This document shows, piece by piece, positions 1 to 9,163 of a DNA stretch of 64,000 bases (position 1 is the stretch's first letter; each line of letters begins with the position of its first letter). This DNA is from Flavobacterium sp. UBA7680 (GTDB taxonomy: Bacteria; Bacteroidota; Bacteroidia; Flavobacteriales; Flavobacteriaceae). The notes under the pieces are model-generated. The model was not told the DNA's origin, did no database searches, and worked only from the letters and a program-made list of their open reading frames with translations. The stretch lies in contig NZ_DLHA01000050.1 in assembly GCF_002482975.1 (NCBI RefSeq), positions 254,546 through 318,545 of the forward strand, read 5' to 3'. The position numbers were made by a program, and so were the translations under genes.

Positions 1-917
1 GAAATGAATTTCAAACGCTTGATCGTTACACAAGTGCGTTCAACAACAGATACGGAATTCAGAATAATGTTGAAGATTTTACTTTTAAAAGTCAGGCGTC
101 AAATTTAGAATCTATGCGTTCCATGTATGAAGCTTTTGCCATAAACAGAAGCAACACGACAGGAATTGTTCAATGGATGTTTAACTCACCTTGGCCAAAA
201 TTAATCTGGCAATTCTGGGATTATAATTTATTGCCAAATGCTGCTTTTTATGGCGCAAGATTAGGTGCGCGCCCTGTAAACATTGCCTACAATTATGGAG
301 ATAACGCCGTTTATGTAAGCAATCTAAATCCTGAGAAAACTAAAAATCTGAAAGCTCAATTAAAAATATATGATTTTAATGGAAAAGTAATTTTCGAAAA
401 AGAAGAAACAGTTTCTGCTGAAGGAAATGCTTCGGTTAAGGCTTTTGATTTACCGGATGATAAAGCGTATTCTAAAATATATTTTCTGAAAATGAACTTG
501 TTAGACGAAAAAGGAAAATCAATCGCAGACAATTTTTATTGGTTATCGACTAAAAAAGATGTGTTTGATTTTAAAAAATCAGATTGGATACATACGCCAT
601 TAATGGAACATGCTGATTTTAAAGATTTGGACAAATTGCCAAAAGTAAAAATCGAAGCACAACATACGATTAAAAAGGAAAACGATAAATATGAGGTTAC
701 CATAAAACTCAAAAATCCATCAGATGCTATCGCGTTTTTAATTGAGTTGAACATTGCCGGAGATGTTTCAGGAAAATCAATAGTTCCGGTTTTATGGGAC
801 GACAATTATATCTCATTAGTACCAAAAGAAAGCAGAACAATCAAGGTTACTTTTCCGGTTGCTGCTTTAAAAGGCGAAAAACCTGTTTTTAAATACAAAG
901 GCTGGAATGTAGATTAA
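1..917 (+). CDS. Glycoside hydrolase, C-terminal part (GH2-like, exo-beta-D-glucosaminidase/beta-mannosidase type); 5' end outside window
   Basis: Frame 3 is open from nt 3 (NEFQTLDRYTSAFNNRYG...) and runs into the listed ORF 114..917. The C-terminal sequence (GIVQWMFNSPWPKLIWQFWDYNLLPNAAFYG) resembles GH2 glucosaminidase/mannosidase-type enzymes from memory only. Confidence 0.5.
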   Translation, partial: NEFQTLDRYTSAFNNRYGIQNNVEDFTFKSQASNLESMRSMYEAFAINRSNTTGIVQWMFNSPWPKLIWQFWDYNLLPNAAFYGARLGARPVNIAYNYGDNAVYVSNLNPEKTKNLKAQLKIYDFNGKVIFEKEETVSAEGNASVKAFDLPDDKAYSKIYFLKMNLLDEKGKSIADNFYWLSTKKDVFDFKKSDWIHTPLMEHADFKDLDKLPKVKIEAQHTIKKENDKYEVTIKLKNPSDAIAFLIELNIAGDVSGKSIVPVLWDDNYISLVPKESRTIKVTFPVAALKGEKPVFKYKGWNVD

Positions 918-1056
918 AAACATCAGGATCATTTATATAAATAGCCGAATTAGCGCTATTAGAAAGTACACGAATTAGAGATCTCAAAAAAACAGATTTC
1001 TTTTTCAAGAGGAAAACTCATGTCCAAATCTAAATTTTTAATAAATAAACAAACAA

Positions 1057-2316
1057 ATGAAAACGAGTAAATTAACAGTGGGATTGGTGTTTCTGACCTT
1101 TTTTGTTATTTCTTTTTTGACTAACATTATGGGGCCTTTAATTCCGGATATTATCAATAGTTACCATTTATCGCTTGGTATGGTTGGGTTTCTTCCGTTC
1201 TCGTTTTTTGCGGCTTATGGCGTAATGTCAACCTCAGCGGGAGTTTTGCTCGAAAAATACAGAGTGAAAAAAGTAATGGCATTTTCATTTCTGATAGCTG
1301 CATTAGGTTCGCTATTATTCGGGTTGTTTCCGTACTATTCGATGGCGCTTGTTTCTTTGTTTTTAATTGGGATTGGAATGGCGGCTTTGCAAGTTGCAAT
1401 TAATCCATTATTGAGAGTTTCGGGCGGAGAAGAGCATTTTGCTTTCAATTCTGTAATGGCACAATTATTCTTTGGATTAGCTTCTTTTTTAAGTCCGCTT
1501 GTTTATAGTTATTTGGTTACCAACATCAAACATGACCAAACAAATTCAAATGAGTTTCTGGAAATCTTATCAAAGCTGGTTCCCGCAAATCTGAATTGGG
1601 TTTCCTTATATTGGATTTTTGCCATAACAGCACTTGCAATGGTTCTGATTATTTTGCTTTTTAAGTTTCCAAAATTTGAATTAGAAGAAACCGAAAAAGC
1701 CGGAACATGGAGCGTTTACAAAGATTTACTTCGAAACAAAACCGTGCTTTTATTCTTCTTCGGAACTTTTGCATATGTAGGCACAGAACAAGGAATTGCC
1801 AATTGGATGTCAAAATTTCTAAGTGATTATCATGGTTATTCGCCCCAAACAGTTGGTGCCGAAGCTGTCGCTTATTTCTGGGGACTTTTGACTGCTGGAT
1901 GTCTTCTGGGTTTGGTTTTGTTGAAATTTCTGGACAGCCGTAAAGTGCTTATTTTATTTGCAGCCGGAGCAATTATATGTCTTACGCTTGCATTATTTGG
2001 CTCAGCCAAAATTTCACTTTATGCATTTCCACTTTCCGGTTTTGCACTTTCGGTAATGTGGTCCGTCGTTTTTTCATTGGCTTTAAATTCTCTTAAAAAC
2101 AATCATGGCGCTTTCTCAGGGATTTTATGTACTGGCATTGTTGGCGGAGCAGTTATGTCATTAATCATTGGAAAACTGGGAGATATAATTGGACTGAAAT
2201 ACGCAATGACGACTTTGTATGTCACACTTGGATACATCTTAAGCATTGGTTTTTGGGCTAAACCATTAGTAAATAATGCCACAATAAATTTAAAGAAAAC
2301 AAAAGAAAATCAATAA
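1057..2316 (+). CDS. Sugar MFS transporter (FucP/GluP glucose-galactose-type)
   Basis: 419 aa with about 12 hydrophobic segments and a central loop, of FucP/GluP-like length. It starts with ATG at 1057 and sits between a glycosidase and a sugar kinase. Confidence 0.7.
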   Translation: MKTSKLTVGLVFLTFFVISFLTNIMGPLIPDIINSYHLSLGMVGFLPFSFFAAYGVMSTSAGVLLEKYRVKKVMAFSFLIAALGSLLFGLFPYYSMALVSLFLIGIGMAALQVAINPLLRVSGGEEHFAFNSVMAQLFFGLASFLSPLVYSYLVTNIKHDQTNSNEFLEILSKLVPANLNWVSLYWIFAITALAMVLIILLFKFPKFELEETEKAGTWSVYKDLLRNKTVLLFFFGTFAYVGTEQGIANWMSKFLSDYHGYSPQTVGAEAVAYFWGLLTAGCLLGLVLLKFLDSRKVLILFAAGAIICLTLALFGSAKISLYAFPLSGFALSVMWSVVFSLALNSLKNNHGAFSGILCTGIVGGAVMSLIIGKLGDIIGLKYAMTTLYVTLGYILSIGFWAKPLVNNATINLKKTKENQ

Positions 2317-2334
2317 TTATATAAAGTAGTAAAG

Positions 2335-3192
2335 ATGTCGGAAAGAAAGATTATAGGCGTTGACATGGGAGGGACAAAAATCCACTCTAGCCTAATTTTA
2401 GGAAAAGAAATAATTTCCGAATGCATATTAGATACACCCGCCAAAGAATCTGAAAAAGTAGTTTTGGACAGATTAATAAAAGCCATAGAACAAGTTTATC
2501 AACCCGGTTGCGAAGGTATTGGTATTGGAGTGCCAAGCGTTGTAGACTGGAAAGAAGGAATTGTATATGATGTTGTTGCAATACCGTCGTGGAAAGAAGT
2601 TCATGTAAAAAAAATACTCGAGGATCATTTTAAAATTCCTGTATATGTCAATAATGATTCGAATTGTTTTGCGCTTGGCGAAAATTTCTTCGGAAAAGGA
2701 ATTGACTCTGCAAATTTTGTTGGAGTAACTATAGGAACCGGTCTTGGCAGCGGAATCATTATCGAAAATAAATTATATCAAGGCGTAAATACAGGTGCCG
2801 GAGAAATAGGAAGCATCTCGTATAAAGATGGAATTATAGAACAATATTGTGCGAGTGAATTTTTTATTTCCCGCGGATTAGATGGAGAAGAACTGTATTT
2901 GAAAGCCAAAAAAGGAGATCCCGAAGCTTTAGAAATTTTTAAAGATTATGGAAAAAATCTCTCTGAGGTTGTAAAAATAGTTTTATACGCTTACGATCCT
3001 GAAACCATAATTCTGGGAGGATCTATTAGTAACGCTTATGAGTTTTTTATAGATGCCGTTTGGCAGGGACTTCAGGATTTTATGTTTCCTGTTGAACTCA
3101 AAAAACTTAAAATCGAAAAATCAGAACTTAAAAATAGTGCTGTATTAGGTGCCGCAGCATTAGTTTACAATTTTAACCTCGAAACAGCTTAG
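2335..3192 (+). CDS. ROK-family sugar kinase (short form lacking the Cys-rich zinc motif)
   Basis: The N-terminus has the ATP-binding motif IGVDMGGTKI. DNDSNCFALGE and GxGxGxG-like TIGTGLGSGII match the ROK signature regions. No CxCGxxGC follows GAGEIGS. Confidence 0.7.
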   Translation: MSERKIIGVDMGGTKIHSSLILGKEIISECILDTPAKESEKVVLDRLIKAIEQVYQPGCEGIGIGVPSVVDWKEGIVYDVVAIPSWKEVHVKKILEDHFKIPVYVNNDSNCFALGENFFGKGIDSANFVGVTIGTGLGSGIIIENKLYQGVNTGAGEIGSISYKDGIIEQYCASEFFISRGLDGEELYLKAKKGDPEALEIFKDYGKNLSEVVKIVLYAYDPETIILGGSISNAYEFFIDAVWQGLQDFMFPVELKKLKIEKSELKNSAVLGAAALVYNFNLETA

Positions 3193-3217
3193 TGCCTGCC
3201 AAAAACTATTTAATGCG

Positions 3218-3411
3218 AATCAAGAGTTGTGATGTGCCTTTAGGCACTAAATATTGGTAGAAAACAGGGACAGGAATAAATTTAGCGTGCCGTAGGTACG
3301 CAATAGTTATCGTTTTGTTGCGTACCTACGGCACGCCAACACATTACGAACTTAATTGCTACCAATATTTAGTGCCTAACAGCACAAATTGCAGGCTCTC
3401 AACTCTTGATT
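3218..3411. repeat. 194-bp three-layer nested inverted repeat (REP/MITE-like palindromic element)
   Basis: There are three perfect arm pairs. Outer: aatcaagagttg 3218..3229 with caactcttgatt 3400..3411. Middle: aggcactaaatattggtag 3242..3260 with ctaccaatatttagtgcct 3359..3377. Inner: gcgtgccgtaggtacgcaa 3285..3303 with ttgcgtacctacggcacgc 3318..3336. Confidence 0.85.
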
Positions 3412-3498
3412 AGCATATTTAATAAACATTTTAAAAATTAAATCTATTAAAAAAATAACTAAACAAAAACCAAAATTATTAACCAAAAAGATATTACG

Positions 3499-6400
3499 AT
3501 GAAAAATAGTCTACAAAAAGGCTTAATGGTTATCATAACCATGCTATGTACCAGTTTGATGTATTCGCAAGATGTGTCAGGGCTGGTTTCAGATTCTAAC
3601 GGCCCGCTTCCCGGCGTTTCGATTATAGTAAAAGGAAGTAAAAATGAGGCTCAAACTGATTTTGACGGAAGATTTACGATTAAAAATGTTGGCAAAGGAG
3701 CCGTTTTAGTTTTTAGCTATATAGGTCTTAAAAATCAAGAAGTAAACGTTGACGGTAAAACCAAGCTAAATGTAACAATGGCTGAAGACCGAAGCGAACT
3801 AAACGAAGTTGTAGTCGTGGGTTACGGAACCTCAAAAAAGAAAGATTTAACGGGAGCCGTAGATGTAATTTCTTCCAAAGATTTTGACGGAGTTTCTAAT
3901 ACTTCGCCAGCTTTATTGTTAAGAGGAAAAGTAGCCGGAGTTCAAATTACACAAAGCAGCGGAGAACCAGGTTCGGCAGTTACAATTCGTGTTCGTGGAT
4001 CTTCTTCCGTTCGTTCTGGAAACGGACCTTTGATTGTGGTAGATGGCGTTCCGTTAAGCGGAGGCGATGTTTCTGCAGAAGGAGCTGATTTATTGGGAAC
4101 GTCTTCGGCAAAAAATCCTTTGAATTTTATAAACGAAGCCGATATCGAATCTATTTCTGTTCTTAAAGATGCTTCGTCAACAGCAATTTATGGTGCGCGT
4201 GGAGCAAATGGTGTAATCGTTATTACGACTAAAAAAGGAAAATCAAATGTTCCGGAATTCAACTTTAGCACCTCAACACAATTTAGCAGAAAAGCAGGAA
4301 ATTTTAATGTAATGAATGCGGATCAGTTTGTTGCGGCAAGCAAAGCTGCTGGCGTACCTTCTATACCTGCAGATCCTGTTGCAGGAACTCCGGCAATTAA
4401 TAATCAGGATTATGGAGGAAGAAATTACAATTGGGAAGATGCCGTTTTACAAAATGGATTAGCAGTAAACAATAGTTTGTCTTTTAATTCGTCAAGCGAA
4501 AATTCGAGCACCAGAGTTTCTTTTTCTACCAGTAATAACAAAGGAATTGTAAAAAATACAGGATTAGACAAATACACAATTTCGTTTTTTAACTCCAATA
4601 ATTTCTTTGATAAAGTATTAAAAGTAGATACAAAATTGCTTTACGCAGGTATAAATGATGAAACTACTTTGATAACAAATAATGCCAGTTATATTGGAAA
4701 CGTTATTGGATCTGCATTATACTGGAATCCAACACGACCAATTTACAACGCTGACGGACATTATAATGTAGTAAGCGAAACGTATTTAAATCCGGTACAA
4801 TTGCTGAATTCTTATAAAGATTATACGAATACAAGTAAATTATTAGGAAGCATAAATGCTGTTCTTAATTTAGGAAGTCATTTTAAATATAATTTCTTAT
4901 TTGGAATAGAAACTTCGGCATCTACGAGAAAAAGCCAGATTTTGCCAACAATGCAAATACAGGGCGAGGCATTTTTTGGAACAGTTCCGGGATCAGATCC
5001 TGCAGTTACAAAATACGGAACAGCATCTATTCAGGGACTTAATAACTTCAATAAAACATTCGAAAATAATATAAACTATACCAATAAATTCAGCGATAAT
5101 TTTAACCTGAATGCCTTAGTTGGATATTCTTATTACTATTATCTGGCAAGTGGTTTTGTAACTTCGGGGAAAGGATATGATTTAGCACAAACTAATTTAA
5201 TTGATAATATCGAAGGCGGACTTCAAAATGAATTTAGAAGCAGTTCTTTTAAAAATGCTTCAGAATTGCAATCTTTTTATGCCAGAGCCGATGCTACTTT
5301 TTTCAAACAATATGTAATTACTGCAACAGTTCGTACAGACGGATCTACAAAATTAGGTGCGAATAACAAATACGGAACATTTCCGTCTATAGGTTTTGCT
5401 GATAACTTGTTTCAGGATAAAGACGGATTACTTAATAATTTAAAAATCAGAGCAAACTGGGGAATTACAGGAAATCAGGAATTTGCTCCAAACTCAGCCA
5501 TAGGAAGAGCGAGCTACGGTAATAACGGAAACTTAAATATTGATACTAATGCCAATGATAATCTAAAATGGGAAACGACAGAATCATGGGGAATTGGAAC
5601 TGATTTTACTTTGCTTAAATACAGATTAACAGGAACAGTAGATTATTTCTACAGAGATACAAAAGATTTAATTTTTCCGGTTCCACAAGCTTCAACGCAA
5701 CCGGGACCAAATACGCCACGTAACAAAAACTTACCAGGAAACTTAATCAATCAGGGACTTGAAGTTAGTTTGGATTATAAAATAATTGAAACCGAAAATA
5801 TCTCTTGGGAAATTGGCGCAAATGCTTCATTCCTTAAAAACGAAATGAAAAACTTTAGCGGAACTGTTGGAACCGGAGGTTTAAACGGACAAGGATTAGA
5901 CGGTGCTTATACGCAAGTAATCACGAATAATAAACCGCTTTATTCGTATTATTTATATGATTTTAAAGGATATGACGCCAGCGGAAATTCGATTTATACC
6001 AATGCCGCAGGAGAGCCAGCAGGACTTGGAGATGCTTCTAAGCAATTATTGAACAAACAACCATTGCCAAAAATAAACTATGGTTTTTCATCAACATTTA
6101 AATACAAAGGATTTGATGCAGTAGTTTCATTCTACGGAGTTGCAGGAAATTATATTTATGATAATACTCAAAATGCATACTTCTTTAAAGGAGCCTTTTT
6201 AGGAGGTCGAAATGTTACTGAAAAAGCAGCATATTCTGAACAAGCGCAAGGAGATCCAAACTCGCCTTCGACTAAATTTTTGCAAAAAGGAGATTTCTTA
6301 AGAATGGGAGAATTAACGTTTGGATATACGTTTACAGGACCTTTAGTTGAAAGAATAAAATGCAAAAATGTACGTGTTTATGCAAACGGTTCAAACCTGT

Positions 6401-6540
6401 TATTGTTTACAAATTACACCGGATTTGATCCTGAAGTAGATATTAATAAACAAGTTAACGGAGTTCCTTCTGCAGGTATGGATTATCTGGCTTACCCAAG
6501 ATCAAAAGGTATTGCTTTTGGACTTAACGTAACATTCTAA
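3499..6540 (+). CDS. SusC/RagA-family TonB-dependent outer-membrane transporter
   Basis: 1013 aa with a signal peptide and an N-terminal carboxypeptidase-regulatory-like domain (VSGLVSDSNGPLPGVSIIVKG). It has the SusC-typical VVVVGYGTSKKKDLTGAV and ASSTAIYGARGANGVIVITTKKG motifs, a C-terminal aromatic residue, and a SusD gene immediately downstream. Confidence 0.9.
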   Translation: MKNSLQKGLMVIITMLCTSLMYSQDVSGLVSDSNGPLPGVSIIVKGSKNEAQTDFDGRFTIKNVGKGAVLVFSYIGLKNQEVNVDGKTKLNVTMAEDRSELNEVVVVGYGTSKKKDLTGAVDVISSKDFDGVSNTSPALLLRGKVAGVQITQSSGEPGSAVTIRVRGSSSVRSGNGPLIVVDGVPLSGGDVSAEGADLLGTSSAKNPLNFINEADIESISVLKDASSTAIYGARGANGVIVITTKKGKSNVPEFNFSTSTQFSRKAGNFNVMNADQFVAASKAAGVPSIPADPVAGTPAINNQDYGGRNYNWEDAVLQNGLAVNNSLSFNSSSENSSTRVSFSTSNNKGIVKNTGLDKYTISFFNSNNFFDKVLKVDTKLLYAGINDETTLITNNASYIGNVIGSALYWNPTRPIYNADGHYNVVSETYLNPVQLLNSYKDYTNTSKLLGSINAVLNLGSHFKYNFLFGIETSASTRKSQILPTMQIQGEAFFGTVPGSDPAVTKYGTASIQGLNNFNKTFENNINYTNKFSDNFNLNALVGYSYYYYLASGFVTSGKGYDLAQTNLIDNIEGGLQNEFRSSSFKNASELQSFYARADATFFKQYVITATVRTDGSTKLGANNKYGTFPSIGFADNLFQDKDGLLNNLKIRANWGITGNQEFAPNSAIGRASYGNNGNLNIDTNANDNLKWETTESWGIGTDFTLLKYRLTGTVDYFYRDTKDLIFPVPQASTQPGPNTPRNKNLPGNLINQGLEVSLDYKIIETENISWEIGANASFLKNEMKNFSGTVGTGGLNGQGLDGAYTQVITNNKPLYSYYLYDFKGYDASGNSIYTNAAGEPAGLGDASKQLLNKQPLPKINYGFSSTFKYKGFDAVVSFYGVAGNYIYDNTQNAYFFKGAFLGGRNVTEKAAYSEQAQGDPNSPSTKFLQKGDFLRMGELTFGYTFTGPLVERIKCKNVRVYANGSNLLLFTNYTGFDPEVDINKQVNGVPSAGMDYLAYPRSKGIAFGLNVTF

Positions 6541-6551
6541 TTTTAAAAACT

Positions 6552-8111
6552 ATGAAAACTATCAATATTATAAAAAGTATTTTTTTCGTAAGTACACTGG
6601 TTTTAAGTGTTAGCTGTACGAATTTGAATGAAGAAATTTTAGACGGAATTCCTACCGGAGGAGAAAATGAACCTGTAAACACAGCAGCTTTATTGAGAAC
6701 TGCTTATCAGGGTTTAAGAAATTTTCAGGTTCAGGAACAAATGCATACGTTAAACGAAATGTCTACAGATGCATTAGTGGGACCAACAAGAGGAGGAGAC
6801 TGGGATGATAACGGTACGTGGAGACAATTTCATGCGCTAAGCTGGACGCCGGATAATGTCGAGATCAGAAATGCATGGAATAGTTTATTGGCAAGTGTGT
6901 ACGATTGTAATACCATTATCGAAAATTCTAAAGATCCGTCAGAGATTGTTCAGGCACGTTTTTTAAGAGCATTCTATTATTATAATGTTTTGGATTTGTA
7001 CGGACAAACACCATATAGAGAACCGCGAACTCCATTAACAAGTGATCCTAAAGTTTGGACAAGAGCTGAGGCTACAGATTTTGTACGTGCAGAATTAGAA
7101 GCTATTTTACCAAATTTACCCGCACGTGTTGCCGGAGATGCAAGTATTGTAAATGAAGATGCAGGACATTTTTTATTAGCTAAAATTTACTTGAACCTTG
7201 CTGTTTTCAAAGCTGCAAATCCTGCCGGACCATATACTTTTGAAGCCGCAAATATGAATAAAGTTATTACGCATGTTGAAGCCATAAAAAGTAGTTTAGC
7301 CGATTCGTATTGGGATAATTTTGTGCCGGAGAATAACAATTCGCCAGAGATTTTATTCTCTTCAAAAAATGTTTTGGGAGATGGTGGTGCTCTTGGAGAT
7401 TACTGGAGATACGGAATGCATTATAACCAAACACCAGATGGTTACAACGGTTTTTGTACTGTAGGCGAATATTATGACCGTTTTAATGCTGCCGATGATC
7501 GTCGCCAACATTCAACTCCTGAAATTATTGCACATTTTGGAAACCCAATCGGATTTCAATACGGACAAATGTATGCACCCGAAACTACAGATGAGGTTAC
7601 TGGTGAAGTTACGCCTGGAGGAACAATTCCGTTAAAAGATAGAAACGGGAATCCTTTATTCTTTACGAAAGAAGTAACGCTGATTCTTTCAGGACCAACG
7701 ATTGAAACGGCCGGAATTAGAACTCAAAAATACCAACCGGATATTAATAATTTAGACAATCCTGAAAATGACTTTATTTTAATGCGTTATGCAGATGCAT
7801 TATTGATGGAAGCCGAAGCAATTCTTAGAGGTGGCGCAGCGTCAGGAAACGGTTCAGCTCAGGATATTATGGACAAAATTGCGGTTAGAACAGGAGTTCC
7901 TGCGCCAACTGCAACATTAGAAAACTTGTTAGCTGAAAGGGGCAGAGAATTATGGTGGGAAGGCTGGAGACGAAACGATTTGATTCGTTTTGGAAAATTT
8001 CTTGGACCAAGAGAATTGAAAAAGAATACTTCTCAGGAGAAATATTTATTGTATTGTCTTCCTTCAGATGCTTTGTTTAATTTGAATTTAAAACAGAATC
8101 CGGGATATTAA
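6552..8111 (+). CDS. SusD/RagB-family nutrient-binding outer-membrane lipoprotein
   Basis: 519 aa with a lipoprotein signal (LSVSCTN). It has the conserved SusD C-terminal block ERGRELWWEGWRRNDLIRFGKF and ends in QNPGY. It lies 11 nt after the SusC gene. Confidence 0.9.
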   Translation: MKTINIIKSIFFVSTLVLSVSCTNLNEEILDGIPTGGENEPVNTAALLRTAYQGLRNFQVQEQMHTLNEMSTDALVGPTRGGDWDDNGTWRQFHALSWTPDNVEIRNAWNSLLASVYDCNTIIENSKDPSEIVQARFLRAFYYYNVLDLYGQTPYREPRTPLTSDPKVWTRAEATDFVRAELEAILPNLPARVAGDASIVNEDAGHFLLAKIYLNLAVFKAANPAGPYTFEAANMNKVITHVEAIKSSLADSYWDNFVPENNNSPEILFSSKNVLGDGGALGDYWRYGMHYNQTPDGYNGFCTVGEYYDRFNAADDRRQHSTPEIIAHFGNPIGFQYGQMYAPETTDEVTGEVTPGGTIPLKDRNGNPLFFTKEVTLILSGPTIETAGIRTQKYQPDINNLDNPENDFILMRYADALLMEAEAILRGGAASGNGSAQDIMDKIAVRTGVPAPTATLENLLAERGRELWWEGWRRNDLIRFGKFLGPRELKKNTSQEKYLLYCLPSDALFNLNLKQNPGY

Positions 8112-8138
8112 ACGGATTTTAATACAAGCTATCATGTG

Positions 8139-8239
8139 AACACGAACTTCACGAATTTGCACAAATTTTAATTGGATAACATAGGTTTGTGAAATTAATT
8201 TCACAAACCTAATTCGTGGCAATTCGTGAAATTCGTGTT
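8139..8239. repeat. Composite palindromic element: CACGAATT-type 29-nt inverted arms around a perfect 28-bp palindrome
   Basis: Left arm 8139..8167 (aacacgaacttcacgaatttgcacaaatt) pairs with right arm 8211..8239 (aattcgtggcaattcgtgaaattcgtgtt), matching at 25 of 29 positions. The inner palindrome aggtttgtgaaatt/aatttcacaaacct is at 8183..8210. Confidence 0.8.
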
Positions 8240-8298
8240 GTACCTGAAAAGTACCATAATAAGAGTAGAGTAATTTGTTAGTTAGTAGTTCTCAGTAT

Positions 8299-8339
8299 CA
8301 GTCGCAGTTTTATACTGCGACTGAAAACTGTGACTGAAA
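8299..8339. repeat. Hairpin (9-bp stem) followed by tandem 13-mers
   Basis: cagtcgcag 8299..8307 pairs with ctgcgactg 8315..8323. The direct repeats actgcgactgaaa and actgtgactgaaa are at 8314..8339. No T-run follows, so this is not a canonical terminator. Confidence 0.65.
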
Positions 8340-8349
8340 ACGCTATACT

Positions 8350-9069
8350 TTATTTTTCATCAGTTTTCAATTTCTTAAATTCTTCATTTTTGGTATACAA
8401 AAAATCCATTGTAGCCAAAACATTCGGATGCTCTAAAAGGGTTTTCGATTTTGGATCTGCATCGCAAAACTCAAGGAAAAGTTCTTTTTGATCAGCACTA
8501 ATGTTTAAATTTTTAGTGAAGAAATCTGGAGGACAATATGCAGTGGCATGTTTTTTAAAACGATCGTCTACTTCATGTTTTTCTTTTGAATATGAGCCTC
8601 TTAAAGGTATATTCATTTTTGCTGCATATCTTATTCTGCCATCATTTACGCCAGTGTAACGACTAAGATCGTTTGCCGTTTTGCGATTGTTTATATCATT
8701 TACTTTTTCAGCATCGAACTCTACTTTTTGGAATTTTATTGCTGTAACTACAACTTCATTTAGCTCTTCGGCTTTAATAATCATATTAACCACAAGATTA
8801 TTATTCTTTAAATTTTCAGATGTAAGTTTCAACCGTGTAAAGAAATAATCTTTAGAGAAAAAAAGTAAACTGTCTTGTTCTTTTGCCAGAATAGAGAATT
8901 CTCCCAGCTCATTTGTTCGTGTACTGGTTTTAGCTGTTTTATTTATAACTTCAACTTTATTAAGAGGAGTTTTATTAGCGAGAACTTTTCCGTGAAGTAA
9001 TTTTTCTGTTTGAGAAATAGAGAGCTGGTAAGTGAAAAAAGAAATCGTGGTAAGTAATTTTACTTTCAT
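8350..9069 (-). CDS. Secreted protein with carboxypeptidase-regulatory-like (SusC N-terminal-like) domain; function unknown
   Basis: 239 aa with a signal peptide. LHGKVLANKTPLNKVEVINKTAKTSTRTNELGEFSI followed by ELNEVVVTA resembles the first ~110 aa of SusC-type receptors. I do not recognise the C-terminal half. Confidence 0.45.
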   Translation of the reverse strand: MKVKLLTTISFFTYQLSISQTEKLLHGKVLANKTPLNKVEVINKTAKTSTRTNELGEFSILAKEQDSLLFFSKDYFFTRLKLTSENLKNNNLVVNMIIKAEELNEVVVTAIKFQKVEFDAEKVNDINNRKTANDLSRYTGVNDGRIRYAAKMNIPLRGSYSKEKHEVDDRFKKHATAYCPPDFFTKNLNISADQKELFLEFCDADPKSKTLLEHPNVLATMDFLYTKNEEFKKLKTDEK

Positions 9070-9163
9070 CTAATGGTATTTAGTTGAAAGTAAAATTATT
9101 AGAATTGTCTTAATGAAAACTTGTGAAATCTGTAAATTCTTGTTAATAAACAGAATTCATTTC

